From positions 1 through 50,424 of the forward strand of contig JAUHWW010000004.1 of the NCBI GenBank assembly GCA_030427365.1: 50,424 bases of DNA. The letters are read 5' to 3'. Position 1 is the stretch's first letter, and every line of letters starts with the position of its first letter. This DNA comes from a bacterium (lineage in GTDB: Bacteria > Patescibacteriota > Saccharimonadia > Saccharimonadales > SZUA-47). Of this stretch, positions 9,530 through 18,378 are shown piece after piece. The notes below the pieces were generated by a model. That model was given only the letters and a program-made list of their open reading frames with translations. It was not told the origin of the DNA and ran no database searches. The position numbers and the translations under genes were made by a program.

Positions 9530-10093
9530 CTATACACCCGACGACACCTCGCCCGATTCGCTCGGCAGCAGCTTTAGCCAAAGCTCGCGCAGCAGTTTCG
9601 CATCATCAAGTGCATGATGTTTCCGGTACTTTTTGAGATCAATGCCGAGCTTTTTGTAAGCGTTCGAAGCGCCGGGTTGATCGGGTGCGTATTTGACGGG
9701 ATTTTTACCAAGCGCAAATAAGATGCTGGTCATATCGATCGTCATCCAGCGAAATGGCAGATTCCCAACGCCGAATAGTTTCGTCAAGTAGATGAGGTCA
9801 TAATTATCGACAAATGCGATAGCGTAAGGGTTTGTCTCGCCCAAAAATTCGCGAATTGTTTGAACCGCTTGTTTTGGAGTCAATTTTATTTCTGTCAGCG
9901 TCGGAATAATACGCTCTGCGACCCACTCGCTTACCTCACCATCGTGCTTCAGCTCGAGGTAGAGCTCCGCGCCATCTGATTTCACGAGACCAATTGATAA
10001 CACCTCTCCCACTTCCGGATCAAGGCTGCTGAATTCAGTATCAATAAAAATAATATTCTGAGACTCAAGCGGGGTGAAACTAGTCGAGGCCAT
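9530..10093 (-). CDS. DEDDh 3'-5' exonuclease (RNase AS-like)
   Basis: FIDTEF, SIGLV, YD and HHALDDA motifs. Confidence 0.85.
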   Translation of the reverse strand: MASTSFTPLESQNIIFIDTEFSSLDPEVGEVLSIGLVKSDGAELYLELKHDGEVSEWVAERIIPTLTEIKLTPKQAVQTIREFLGETNPYAIAFVDNYDLIYLTKLFGVGNLPFRWMTIDMTSILFALGKNPVKYAPDQPGASNAYKKLGIDLKKYRKHHALDDAKLLRELWLKLLPSESGEVSSGV

Positions 10094-10331
10094 AGGGGCA
10101 GTATACCCTACGTCGCGTCAGGGCATCGGCAGCGCTAACCCTTGTTTTATGAAAGGGTGCCACGAATCATAGGTTCGTTTTCTCTAAGGCGTGCGCAGGC
10201 GCTCGCTCAAGAATTTGAACGTGATTATTTGTATTTATATGTATTTTGACGTAGCCGTAAACGAGCGGTCAGTCTTTGTTTTTCGCTTTTTTTGTTTTCG
10301 ACTCGCCACGCTCATAATAGCACAGAATTAA

Positions 10332-10370
10332 AAAGCACTTCCCTGCTTGTTCTAAACAGGGAAGTGCTTT
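10332..10370. terminator. Intrinsic terminator downstream of the 10408-12186 gene
   Basis: Perfect 14-bp inverted repeat AAAGCACTTCCCTG/CAGGGAAGTGCTTT with a T-run on the minus strand. Confidence 0.8.
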
Positions 10371-10407
10371 ACTTGGTTTTTGTTTGTCAGTCTAAAGCTA
10401 TCGGATC

Positions 10408-12186
10408 TTACTGCTGCTTGCGGCGAGCGACCATGTTGTGGCCGATTGTGCCAGCTGCGGTCAAGGCTGCGAATGTTGCTGCGATTGAACCTGCACCGGT
10501 GCTTGGAAGAACTGGGTTCTTCTTTACGCCTTTTACTGGCTCTTTACAGTTTTCGTCTTCAGCATCAAGCTCTTTGTCGTATGGGCAGACTTCACGGTCT
10601 TCCTCGAATTCAACCTTGTCCATGCAGTCCTCGTTAGGATCATTCGGATCTGCTTCGACAGTGACGACATCGTCGCCGACGTTGAATCGTACGTCAACTG
10701 TGACGGTGTATTCACCAACAAGTTCATCACTGTAAACGTGTGTTTCCTCGTCGTTCGTTGAAAGCAGTTCATTGCCGTCACCAAAGTTGTAGAGGTAGTC
10801 TTTTACCGTTGCGTTTGACTGCTCGGTCACTACTTCAACTGTGTATGATCGGTCGTCTGAACCGCTGACAGCAGAGACGATGACGTTCTTACAGACATAT
10901 GTAGGTTCTTCTTCCTCTTCTTCGAATGTTACTGTCTTTGCACAGTCTTCATTCGTCTTTCGGTCGCCGTTTGCGAAGAGTACTTCAACTGTTACGTTGT
11001 ACTCACCTGCTTCATCTGTCGTCAGCGTAAAGGTGTTATCTGCAGAGTTTTGCACTTCGTTACCGTTAACGCTGAATGCGTAACCAGTGATATCAGTGCC
11101 ATCAGCCATGCCTTCTGCGTTGAAGACGATTTCTTCACCCACGAGAGCTGTTGTACGGCTAGCTGTCAGCGCCTTACATGCAGTGACGATTTCTTTTTCA
11201 TACTTCACAGTGTGCTTACAATTTCCAGTTACCGCGAGTGCCTCACCATTAAAGGTTGTGTTCACCGTCGCTGTAATTGTCTTCTCACCGTATGAGTCAT
11301 AGGTGTGTGATTCAAGCGGGAAGTCACCAGGCTGTACTGTCTCGGTTTCGCCGTCACCGTAATCAATAACGATGTTGTTTAGCGTCGCATCGTTGAGGTC
11401 ATACGTGACATTCTCAACACGTAGTCTGCGGTCAGTGTACTCTGTCACCACAAGTGATTTACATACTGGTGGAATAAGTTCTGGCTCTTCGACTTCTTCG
11501 ACTACGACTTTTAGGCCAATCCAGACGCGCTGTTCCCAGCAGCCCCAGACCATACCGTCAAGACCATTTGTACCGATTGCTGCGCCGTTACCGACGATGC
11601 TCGCAGGCAAGTTAACAAGTTCGTTTGGCAGGTCAAGGAAAGCTTGAGCTGAATCAGCTACATAACTGAGTTTGAACTTCTTGTCACCACAGTCAATTGT
11701 TGCGCCGTCATTAATATTCATCGCATTCGATGAGCTAATGAAGCCTCGCAAGTCAAATCGATCGCTTTCTTCAGCGTTATCGAGGTCGACTCGTACGCTT
11801 ACGTCTTTTGCAACGCTCGGGCCATTGCCGCCATCGTTACCGCTAACGCTTGCACCGTTGTGCACGTAGAACCAGACATCAAACATATCACCGTTTTCAC
11901 ACACAGTGTCGATGCTGTTTCGGTAAGTAGAAACTGATTCCCCGTCTTCCTTGACGCGTACAAAGTCTGCTTCATTCCCAACAATATCGCTATCACCGCC
12001 ACTAACGTTGTAGTAGACGTTGAATGCAGGCTCACCTGCAGCTGGTGTATCATCACCAACATACGGAATTGATCCAGGATTTACTGCTCCAGCAGATGAA
12101 ACTGCCATGAGCCCTGCTAGAACAAATCCAGCTATAAGGGTTTTCTTTAGAGTCACATGTTGTTTTAGTGCTTGTAGTTTACTCAT
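10408..12186 (-). CDS. Secreted PKD/Ig-repeat surface protein with LPxTG-like anchor
   Basis: Signal peptide; PKD-like IDYGDG and YNFGDG repeats; C-terminal LPSTG, hydrophobic segment and RRK. Confidence 0.85.
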   Translation of the reverse strand: MSKLQALKQHVTLKKTLIAGFVLAGLMAVSSAGAVNPGSIPYVGDDTPAAGEPAFNVYYNVSGGDSDIVGNEADFVRVKEDGESVSTYRNSIDTVCENGDMFDVWFYVHNGASVSGNDGGNGPSVAKDVSVRVDLDNAEESDRFDLRGFISSSNAMNINDGATIDCGDKKFKLSYVADSAQAFLDLPNELVNLPASIVGNGAAIGTNGLDGMVWGCWEQRVWIGLKVVVEEVEEPELIPPVCKSLVVTEYTDRRLRVENVTYDLNDATLNNIVIDYGDGETETVQPGDFPLESHTYDSYGEKTITATVNTTFNGEALAVTGNCKHTVKYEKEIVTACKALTASRTTALVGEEIVFNAEGMADGTDITGYAFSVNGNEVQNSADNTFTLTTDEAGEYNVTVEVLFANGDRKTNEDCAKTVTFEEEEEEPTYVCKNVIVSAVSGSDDRSYTVEVVTEQSNATVKDYLYNFGDGNELLSTNDEETHVYSDELVGEYTVTVDVRFNVGDDVVTVEADPNDPNEDCMDKVEFEEDREVCPYDKELDAEDENCKEPVKGVKKNPVLPSTGAGSIAATFAALTAAGTIGHNMVARRKQQ

Positions 12187-12208
12187 TGTATTCTCCTATT
12201 AATCCTTT

Positions 12209-13774
12209 CTAGCAATCCTGAGCCAATGGGTTACATACGACTGGATCGGTTGTTGGAGTAGTTCCTTTTGGTGCCTCAGTAGTTGGAGGTGGTGGTGGAG
12301 GAGGTGGAGGGGGTGGTGAAGTTGTTGTAGTGGTAGTACTGGTAGTAGTGGTCGTGCCAATAGTAGTCGTTGGAGGAAGTGTCGCAGGTGGAACAGTTGG
12401 TGGAGGAAGTGTTGGTACAGGTGGAACAGTAGGTTCAGCTGGTGTTGTTGGTTCAGTAGGTTCTTCACCCGGTCCACCAGGACCGCCAGGACCAGTTCCA
12501 GGACATCCATCGCCTACTGTTGTTTCACAGCCATCACCGTTGCCACCAGGCTCGCCGCCTGAACCAGGATTTGGAGCATCGTCATCTCCTGAACTTGGTG
12601 CAGCTACATCACCCGGACCTCCAGGGCCACTGCCCGGGCCTTGTGTAGGGTTATTAGTTGGGTTTGTGCCTGTACTTGGAGTGCTGCTCGTACCTGTATT
12701 CGGAGCGGTAGTTGGATTCGTACTGGTTTCATCTGAGCTGCTTCCTGGTGCATCAGTGGTGTTGCCACCATCCAATGTTGTTGATGTAGAGGTTGAAGGG
12801 TCTCCTTCAATAGTTGTCGGAGCAGACGTCTCAACTGAAACCGGTTCACCTAAGTCGATCTTCACGTCAGCACTTGAAGGAAGCTGCTCACCTACTACAT
12901 AGATTTCACCAGTTGCTGGATTGATACGGAAGTTATCTGCAGCCGTTTCGATTGCTGCTTTTTGTGCGTCACTAAGCGGTCCATCAAGATTGAAGCGTAG
13001 TCGGAGCAAATCGACTGCAGCAAGTGTTCGCGACTCTCCAACATAAAAGCTTATAGATCGTACACCTGTCGCTTCATCAGTGTCTTCTGAGCGTTCTCGC
13101 GCTCCAAGAACGGTAACTGGCCCATGAAAGTCTTCGTCAACTACAATTGAACCATTTCGTTGCATTACCTCTACGAGTGCTGCGATGTTTCTAGATTCTG
13201 CGTCTTCATCTGAAGAAAACGTTCTAAACCAGTCTAGAGCACGCTGTGCAGGAGTAACATCGTCGTTTACGACCGGTTGTCCAGCGTCGAGAATAACAGA
13301 TGTCATCCATGCACGCAGTGTAGCGCTATCACAGACTTGAGCTGCCATGTGATCTGAAAGTTCGACTTTACCATCATCTTCATAAGGAAAAAAGATAGCA
13401 TCTTGGGTTCCAAGCGCTTTGACTTCACTCAGCTGTGATACAACACCCTCGCTATCAGCTGAAAGGGTCGTATCATTTTCAGCACAAGCGAGCTCAACAC
13501 GTTCTTTTGGATCAGTTTCAGTAGACTGACTTGCCTCAGGCGCAACAGCCGCTTCAACACCTGGATTTAGTTGTTCAGGCGAAAATGGTTCTGCTGTTGC
13601 AGCCGGAACGGTAGATGTAATACTCGCATCACTATCACCGCCTCCACCAAGAACAGCAGCCAGCGTTATGCCCCCAGCTACTACAGCGCCGATAGTACCA
13701 GCGGGTACTCCCCATCGCTTCATACTTCTTGGTGCTTCAGCTGGACTGGGTGCACCTATAGGTTGACTATTCAT
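12209..13774 (-). CDS. Membrane-anchored protein with Pro/Thr/Gly-rich C-terminal stalk
   Basis: N-terminal TM, acidic central domain, GPGGPG, TLPP repeats, poly-T and poly-P tracts. Confidence 0.8.
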   Translation of the reverse strand: MNSQPIGAPSPAEAPRSMKRWGVPAGTIGAVVAGGITLAAVLGGGGDSDASITSTVPAATAEPFSPEQLNPGVEAAVAPEASQSTETDPKERVELACAENDTTLSADSEGVVSQLSEVKALGTQDAIFFPYEDDGKVELSDHMAAQVCDSATLRAWMTSVILDAGQPVVNDDVTPAQRALDWFRTFSSDEDAESRNIAALVEVMQRNGSIVVDEDFHGPVTVLGARERSEDTDEATGVRSISFYVGESRTLAAVDLLRLRFNLDGPLSDAQKAAIETAADNFRINPATGEIYVVGEQLPSSADVKIDLGEPVSVETSAPTTIEGDPSTSTSTTLDGGNTTDAPGSSSDETSTNPTTAPNTGTSSTPSTGTNPTNNPTQGPGSGPGGPGDVAAPSSGDDDAPNPGSGGEPGGNGDGCETTVGDGCPGTGPGGPGGPGEEPTEPTTPAEPTVPPVPTLPPPTVPPATLPPTTTIGTTTTTSTTTTTTSPPPPPPPPPPPTTEAPKGTTPTTDPVVCNPLAQDC

Positions 13775-13873
13775 GCGAATTAACTCCTTTAATTCTCATT
13801 ATTCTCTCTTATGTATTATATTATATCACACTTGTATATACTATGTCAATATATTTCACAATATAATGCAAGC

Positions 13874-14875
13874 TTATGCACTATACGCTCTTGCAGATGC
13901 TTCCAAGCCTACCACTATATCGCGGATCGGGTCGCTAGAATTTACACTGATTTCAGTACTGAAAACGCCACTTCGATGCATAGCGTCTGTAACGCCGTCT
14001 CGAACTGCTGCTGTCATTTGACGGTAAAGCTCTCTTTGTTTGGCTATCTGCTTCTCTTCCAGCACTCGGCTACCACCCCGTAACCTAATCATCCTCGAGC
14101 CTCTTTCTTCGGTAACAGGGCTCTCATAAGCATCTGCAGCGACAATCTCTAATGGTAGAACCGCGTTCTGCAGCTTCACTCCAGCAATAGCACGGCTCCA
14201 TTCATCGGTTCCATCATCAACAATGATCCCTGCTTCAGTTTTCTTAGCATCAATGTCGTGCCCAAAATCAGATACTGGAATCACTATTGATCCTTTTGCA
14301 TACCCTGCTACGAGATCAAGCATCCCAGCAAGTGATCCATCCTCAATGTCTTTTCCGCTTCCATCAAGCACCTCATCTATGCCATTGAGCATAGATATAA
14401 GCGCATCTTTTGCCCGAATCGGCATCGTAAGAGAGGCTCTACTTTCACCATCAGATATGATTGAACCGACTTTGATGCCTCTTTGCGCAGCATACCCATA
14501 CACCGCAGCGAGTCCATATAGACCAACCTCAGCAGGTGAAATAGTGCCATGTCCACGTTCAATTACACGGTCACTTAAAAAGTCACCAACCACCCAAAAA
14601 TCTGGCTCAACCTGCTTTTTATATTTTTGTGCCTCAAGATCAGCTGGAGTACGTGCTACTCCTGCGATAAGAGGTAATAGATCAATATCTTCAAGCCTGT
14701 CTTCATGGGGATCAAAAGGTCCGTAGCCATCAGGTGTTTTACCAACACCTCTACCGAGATTGAATTGGTCGCTTCCAAGGAACCCCTTAAAGACGCCATC
14801 CATAAAGGACAGGTCTATGTGCTCAACCCTGTCATAGGCAGCTGCGATATTTTCGATATTCACTCTGTGTGACAT
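13874..14875 (-). CDS. DUF58-like protein (MoxR partner), divergent
   Basis: Directly follows MoxR; G-rich N region, IPVSDF motif, size about 330 aa. Confidence 0.6.
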   Translation of the reverse strand: MSHRVNIENIAAAYDRVEHIDLSFMDGVFKGFLGSDQFNLGRGVGKTPDGYGPFDPHEDRLEDIDLLPLIAGVARTPADLEAQKYKKQVEPDFWVVGDFLSDRVIERGHGTISPAEVGLYGLAAVYGYAAQRGIKVGSIISDGESRASLTMPIRAKDALISMLNGIDEVLDGSGKDIEDGSLAGMLDLVAGYAKGSIVIPVSDFGHDIDAKKTEAGIIVDDGTDEWSRAIAGVKLQNAVLPLEIVAADAYESPVTEERGSRMIRLRGGSRVLEEKQIAKQRELYRQMTAAVRDGVTDAMHRSGVFSTEISVNSSDPIRDIVVGLEASARAYSA

Positions 14876-14897
14876 TAGTAACGTCCAATGTACCTTA

Positions 14898-16007
14898 TTA
14901 CAGTGCTTTTTCTAGGATACGTTCGGTCACCTGCTGGATGTTAACTTTATTTGAACCAACCTGCGCCTTAGCTTCCAGGGACATCCTATGCGGAAGAGCA
15001 TATCGTGCAGCGATATATACTGCATCGCGATCTGCACCAGTTCCCTTGACCATACCAACCGCCGTAGTGAGGCCTGCGAGCACAAACAATAAACGGTTAC
15101 CATCAGCGCCAATATCTAGCACTCGCTTCTTCTTATCATCATCGCTGTCGTTGCTCCCTTCTTCTCTTCTGCGGAGTGACCTTGTCGTTTCAACGACATT
15201 GTGTATGTGCCCCATGACATCGCTGTCATTAACTGTATTCAATCCCTCGTATCCAACGTAGTCCCGTGCAGCTTGGTATCTATCTAGTGATAATGCTGTA
15301 TGGTCTATTTTTCTCTCGTCTTTACGTTCCGGCTCTTCACCACGGATTCGATGATAGTACATTTCAAGTGCTTTCTGTTGATCGGCTCTTGTTCGTAGCT
15401 CAGGAAGTTCAGCGCTTATAGAAAAACGGTCTAATTGAGCTGGAGGCAATGGATATGACCCAAGTCGTGGATCAGTTTCATTCATTGTACCGAATACTGT
15501 GCGGTAACCGTTAGCTTGATGGACATTCCCGTTGGGATCGTGGACTTTACCTTCTGCCAAAAATTCCATGAAACCAGACTGAGTACTCGGCATGGCTCGA
15601 CTCACTTCGTCGAGATGCACGAAATCGGCTAAGAAAATTCCTTTTGGATAGAAGATGGTTTTATAACCGTTACCATCATCGGCTATAACGGTTTCAAGTG
15701 TCGGATCAAGTGCACGAGTATTTTCAGTTAACTGGTATCTATACCCTGTTGAATCTGGGATAGCTTCTGCAAGTGCCTCTATGAGTCGAGTTTTATTCGT
15801 ACCGTGTGTACCGTATAGCAGGCCTGTCGCATGCTCTCCATCAAAACCGCTTGTCAAACACGTTGCGGCGATAATTGTTGGTATGTCAGAATCTGTCGGA
15901 AGCACCATCATGTTAGCTATAGATGCTTCAAGCGCCTTACCTGTTTCAATAGTGTCCGTTTTCATCTGGGCACGTACGCCCGCATTTAGTCCTGCTATGT
16001 TACTCAT
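14898..16007 (-). CDS. MoxR-family AAA+ ATPase, divergent
   Basis: LLYGTHGTNKT, HLDEVSRAMPSTQS, GTMN, YPLPPAQLDRF and ALPHRM motifs. Confidence 0.88.
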   Translation of the reverse strand: MSNIAGLNAGVRAQMKTDTIETGKALEASIANMMVLPTDSDIPTIIAATCLTSGFDGEHATGLLYGTHGTNKTRLIEALAEAIPDSTGYRYQLTENTRALDPTLETVIADDGNGYKTIFYPKGIFLADFVHLDEVSRAMPSTQSGFMEFLAEGKVHDPNGNVHQANGYRTVFGTMNETDPRLGSYPLPPAQLDRFSISAELPELRTRADQQKALEMYYHRIRGEEPERKDERKIDHTALSLDRYQAARDYVGYEGLNTVNDSDVMGHIHNVVETTRSLRRREEGSNDSDDDKKKRVLDIGADGNRLLFVLAGLTTAVGMVKGTGADRDAVYIAARYALPHRMSLEAKAQVGSNKVNIQQVTERILEKAL

Positions 16008-16018
16008 ATTAATCTCCT

Positions 16019-17227
16019 TTAAGCTTTCTCAACTTTATTACGGTTTGGAACTAACTTCCTTAAACGTTGCATCATCATCAATAAACTAATCGTCACAAGC
16101 CCCGATGCTGCTGTAATCGGCAGCAAGTTATCCTGCTTTGTCTCAGGCCTGGTGAATTCCAACTGACGGCTGCGGCTAACATTGGTCACACTCGAGTCAA
16201 CGAATGCATCCACGAATCTTTGCTCTAATTCTGCAGTCGTGTCAGCTATTTCAAGATTGTTTGGGTCAAGATTAAGAGCCTCGCTAGAAATACCAGATTC
16301 TCTTGGCTCTGAGAACTCAAGAATCTGATAAGTCCCGTCAGGCGTTCCAACAAGCACTTCATCAACAGCGACGTCACCAGTGGCGTTTAGATCTACTCCT
16401 GCAGCGCTTACATTACCATCGGTAAAGAGCGTGACACGCCGTGCAGACGTATCATTAGGATTCGCTGTTTCACTAGACTCGAGAGTAATTGCTTGGTCAA
16501 TACCGTCTGCTATCTCCTCGTCTGTAGGCACAACGTTCGTAACATCAAGGCCACTATCGCTTAACTGCTCAAAGTCACCATCAAAAAGTGTCACGGCAGT
16601 ACCCTCTCCTGCAACACCGATAACTCGAATGGAACCGACGGAACCGACGGCAGATAGCGTTTGAGCGGCTGACTGCATGGCATCAGCAACTGCTTGCGCG
16701 CGAGGCACAAACTGTCCTGTTACTTCATCATAAATGTCTTCTGTGTACGTCATGCCGTCCGTGAGATCAATGACAACGGTATGCGTCGCATTTGGATTAG
16801 GAATCTCAATATCATTGGTGATGTCTACTGACACAGACGGCGGTTGTATCACATTTACGGGCTGAGCCGCCATGCCAGCAACACCTAGAGTTAGGCCGGT
16901 AGCTCCGACGATTGGTGCACTGTACTTTTTAAGAAACGAAGGACGGCTCTGAGCTGCTTCGTTGGTTGAAACCTCTAAAAGTCTCTGTTGCGTAGACTCA
17001 ATTCCGCCCAAGTCATCAGTCGTTGTATCTTTACGATTCCTAAGAGCACCAACTCCTAGCACAATCGCAGATCCAATAAGAACACCCGCACCAACATATC
17101 CTGCTCTTTCAGGGGTTAAGAGTTCATCCGGCAGCGAAAAATATCGATCCACAAGTGTATGTCGATCTAATACTGGGAGAGGTATCTCACCCGATGTTTG
17201 CTGAGGGAGTGAATGAAACGCATTCAT
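16019..17227 (-). CDS. Membrane-anchored VWA-like protein
   Basis: Two N-terminal TMs, VVIDLTDGM (degenerate MIDAS), TLFTDG, VLVGT and a C-terminal TM; adjacent to MoxR. Confidence 0.65.
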   Translation of the reverse strand: MNAFHSLPQQTSGEIPLPVLDRHTLVDRYFSLPDELLTPERAGYVGAGVLIGSAIVLGVGALRNRKDTTTDDLGGIESTQQRLLEVSTNEAAQSRPSFLKKYSAPIVGATGLTLGVAGMAAQPVNVIQPPSVSVDITNDIEIPNPNATHTVVIDLTDGMTYTEDIYDEVTGQFVPRAQAVADAMQSAAQTLSAVGSVGSIRVIGVAGEGTAVTLFDGDFEQLSDSGLDVTNVVPTDEEIADGIDQAITLESSETANPNDTSARRVTLFTDGNVSAAGVDLNATGDVAVDEVLVGTPDGTYQILEFSEPRESGISSEALNLDPNNLEIADTTAELEQRFVDAFVDSSVTNVSRSRQLEFTRPETKQDNLLPITAASGLVTISLLMMMQRLRKLVPNRNKVEKA

Positions 17228-17284
17228 AATATTATTGTATCACAGATTTGCATTAAATGCAAGCATTAGCTTTAAATTATGTAC

Positions 17285-18331
17285 CTAGTTATTCAGTTCT
17301 TCAGAGGTGATTCGATCAAAGGTAGTAACCTGGATTTTATTACCATTGGTAACAACCTGCATGTCGTCACTGTTGCTGGGTATGTTTTCATTCACCTCTT
17401 CAGAAGGTGTATCATTGTCCATCTCCGTTTTTTGAGAATTGTCCTGGAAATAATTATCGGCAACGAAGAAAGAAACTGCCAAAAGACTACCGGCTCCGAC
17501 CGTATAGGCAGCCGCTCTACCAACTGCTTTCGCGACACGTCTTTTTCCGGGTTTTTTATCGTCAACCTTTTCTTCACTGTCTGCGACTTCTTCTGGTTTA
17601 TCGTAACTCCTAACATCTACAAGTGGTTTTGAAGTTGCTAGCGCAGCGCCCTGTGCTATAGCGGGAACAGGATTTTCTACATCCTTCGATGTATCAGTCT
17701 CTTCGATGCTTTCAGCTCTTGAAGTTTCAATAGGGTCTAAATCTATAGTGTTATCGCTTTTACGGCCAAAAAACCTTCTCAAGCGCTTGAAGATACCGCC
17801 TTTGGTTTTTTGACCTTCTGCGTCATTTACAGCGATGTCAGCCATAGTTAGTGGTTCGCTGTCCTCATTGTTTCCATCATCATCTGAATCATCGGCGGGG
17901 TTTTCTGGCACGGACGCAGGCTCAACTTCTTCATCATCTGCATTCTCATCAAATAGTCCTCTACCAGCCACGCTCTGAATCCACTCACCGAGTGGTGTGC
18001 GAAAGTCGGATATGTCAAGGGGTGCGACTACATCATCGTTGTTTGCCTCTGGTGCATCACTGATCATGTCTTCGTAATTGACAGGCTCGACTTCAACAAG
18101 GCCTTTGAGTGCTCGAGAGCCTAGTAGTGGAAGCTTATACGAGTTACCCTCGTTTATAAACTCTGACGAAGTCGTTAGATATTCATCGTTGTAGCCGTAG
18201 TCTTGGACGACAGCATCCCGAGAGATGTGTACCTTTTTTTCATCTTCATTTAGACCATAGTAGTGCACAGCACCGTTACTATAGCGCTGCTGAATAATAC
18301 TCTTGTAGGTCTCGACACTACCTTCATTCAT
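17285..18331 (-). CDS. Hypothetical acidic protein with one C-proximal TM
   Basis: 348 aa ORF, D/E-rich, with a hydrophobic segment preceded by KKPGKRR. Confidence 0.75.
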   Translation of the reverse strand: MNEGSVETYKSIIQQRYSNGAVHYYGLNEDEKKVHISRDAVVQDYGYNDEYLTTSSEFINEGNSYKLPLLGSRALKGLVEVEPVNYEDMISDAPEANNDDVVAPLDISDFRTPLGEWIQSVAGRGLFDENADDEEVEPASVPENPADDSDDDGNNEDSEPLTMADIAVNDAEGQKTKGGIFKRLRRFFGRKSDNTIDLDPIETSRAESIEETDTSKDVENPVPAIAQGAALATSKPLVDVRSYDKPEEVADSEEKVDDKKPGKRRVAKAVGRAAAYTVGAGSLLAVSFFVADNYFQDNSQKTEMDNDTPSEEVNENIPSNSDDMQVVTNGNKIQVTTFDRITSEELNN

Positions 18332-18378
18332 AGATTATATTCTATCACAGAATTGTAATTTATGCAAGTATTAGCGTC

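Noticed and set aside
10239-10315. 26-aa basic ORF MSVASRKQKKRKTK... on the minus strand
   Set aside because: It is too short, explained by a T-rich tract, and has no recognisable homology; it cannot be supported.
12330-12902. 190-aa Val/Gly-rich ORF on the + strand
   Set aside because: It is the antisense shadow of the Pro/Thr-rich region of 12209-13774.
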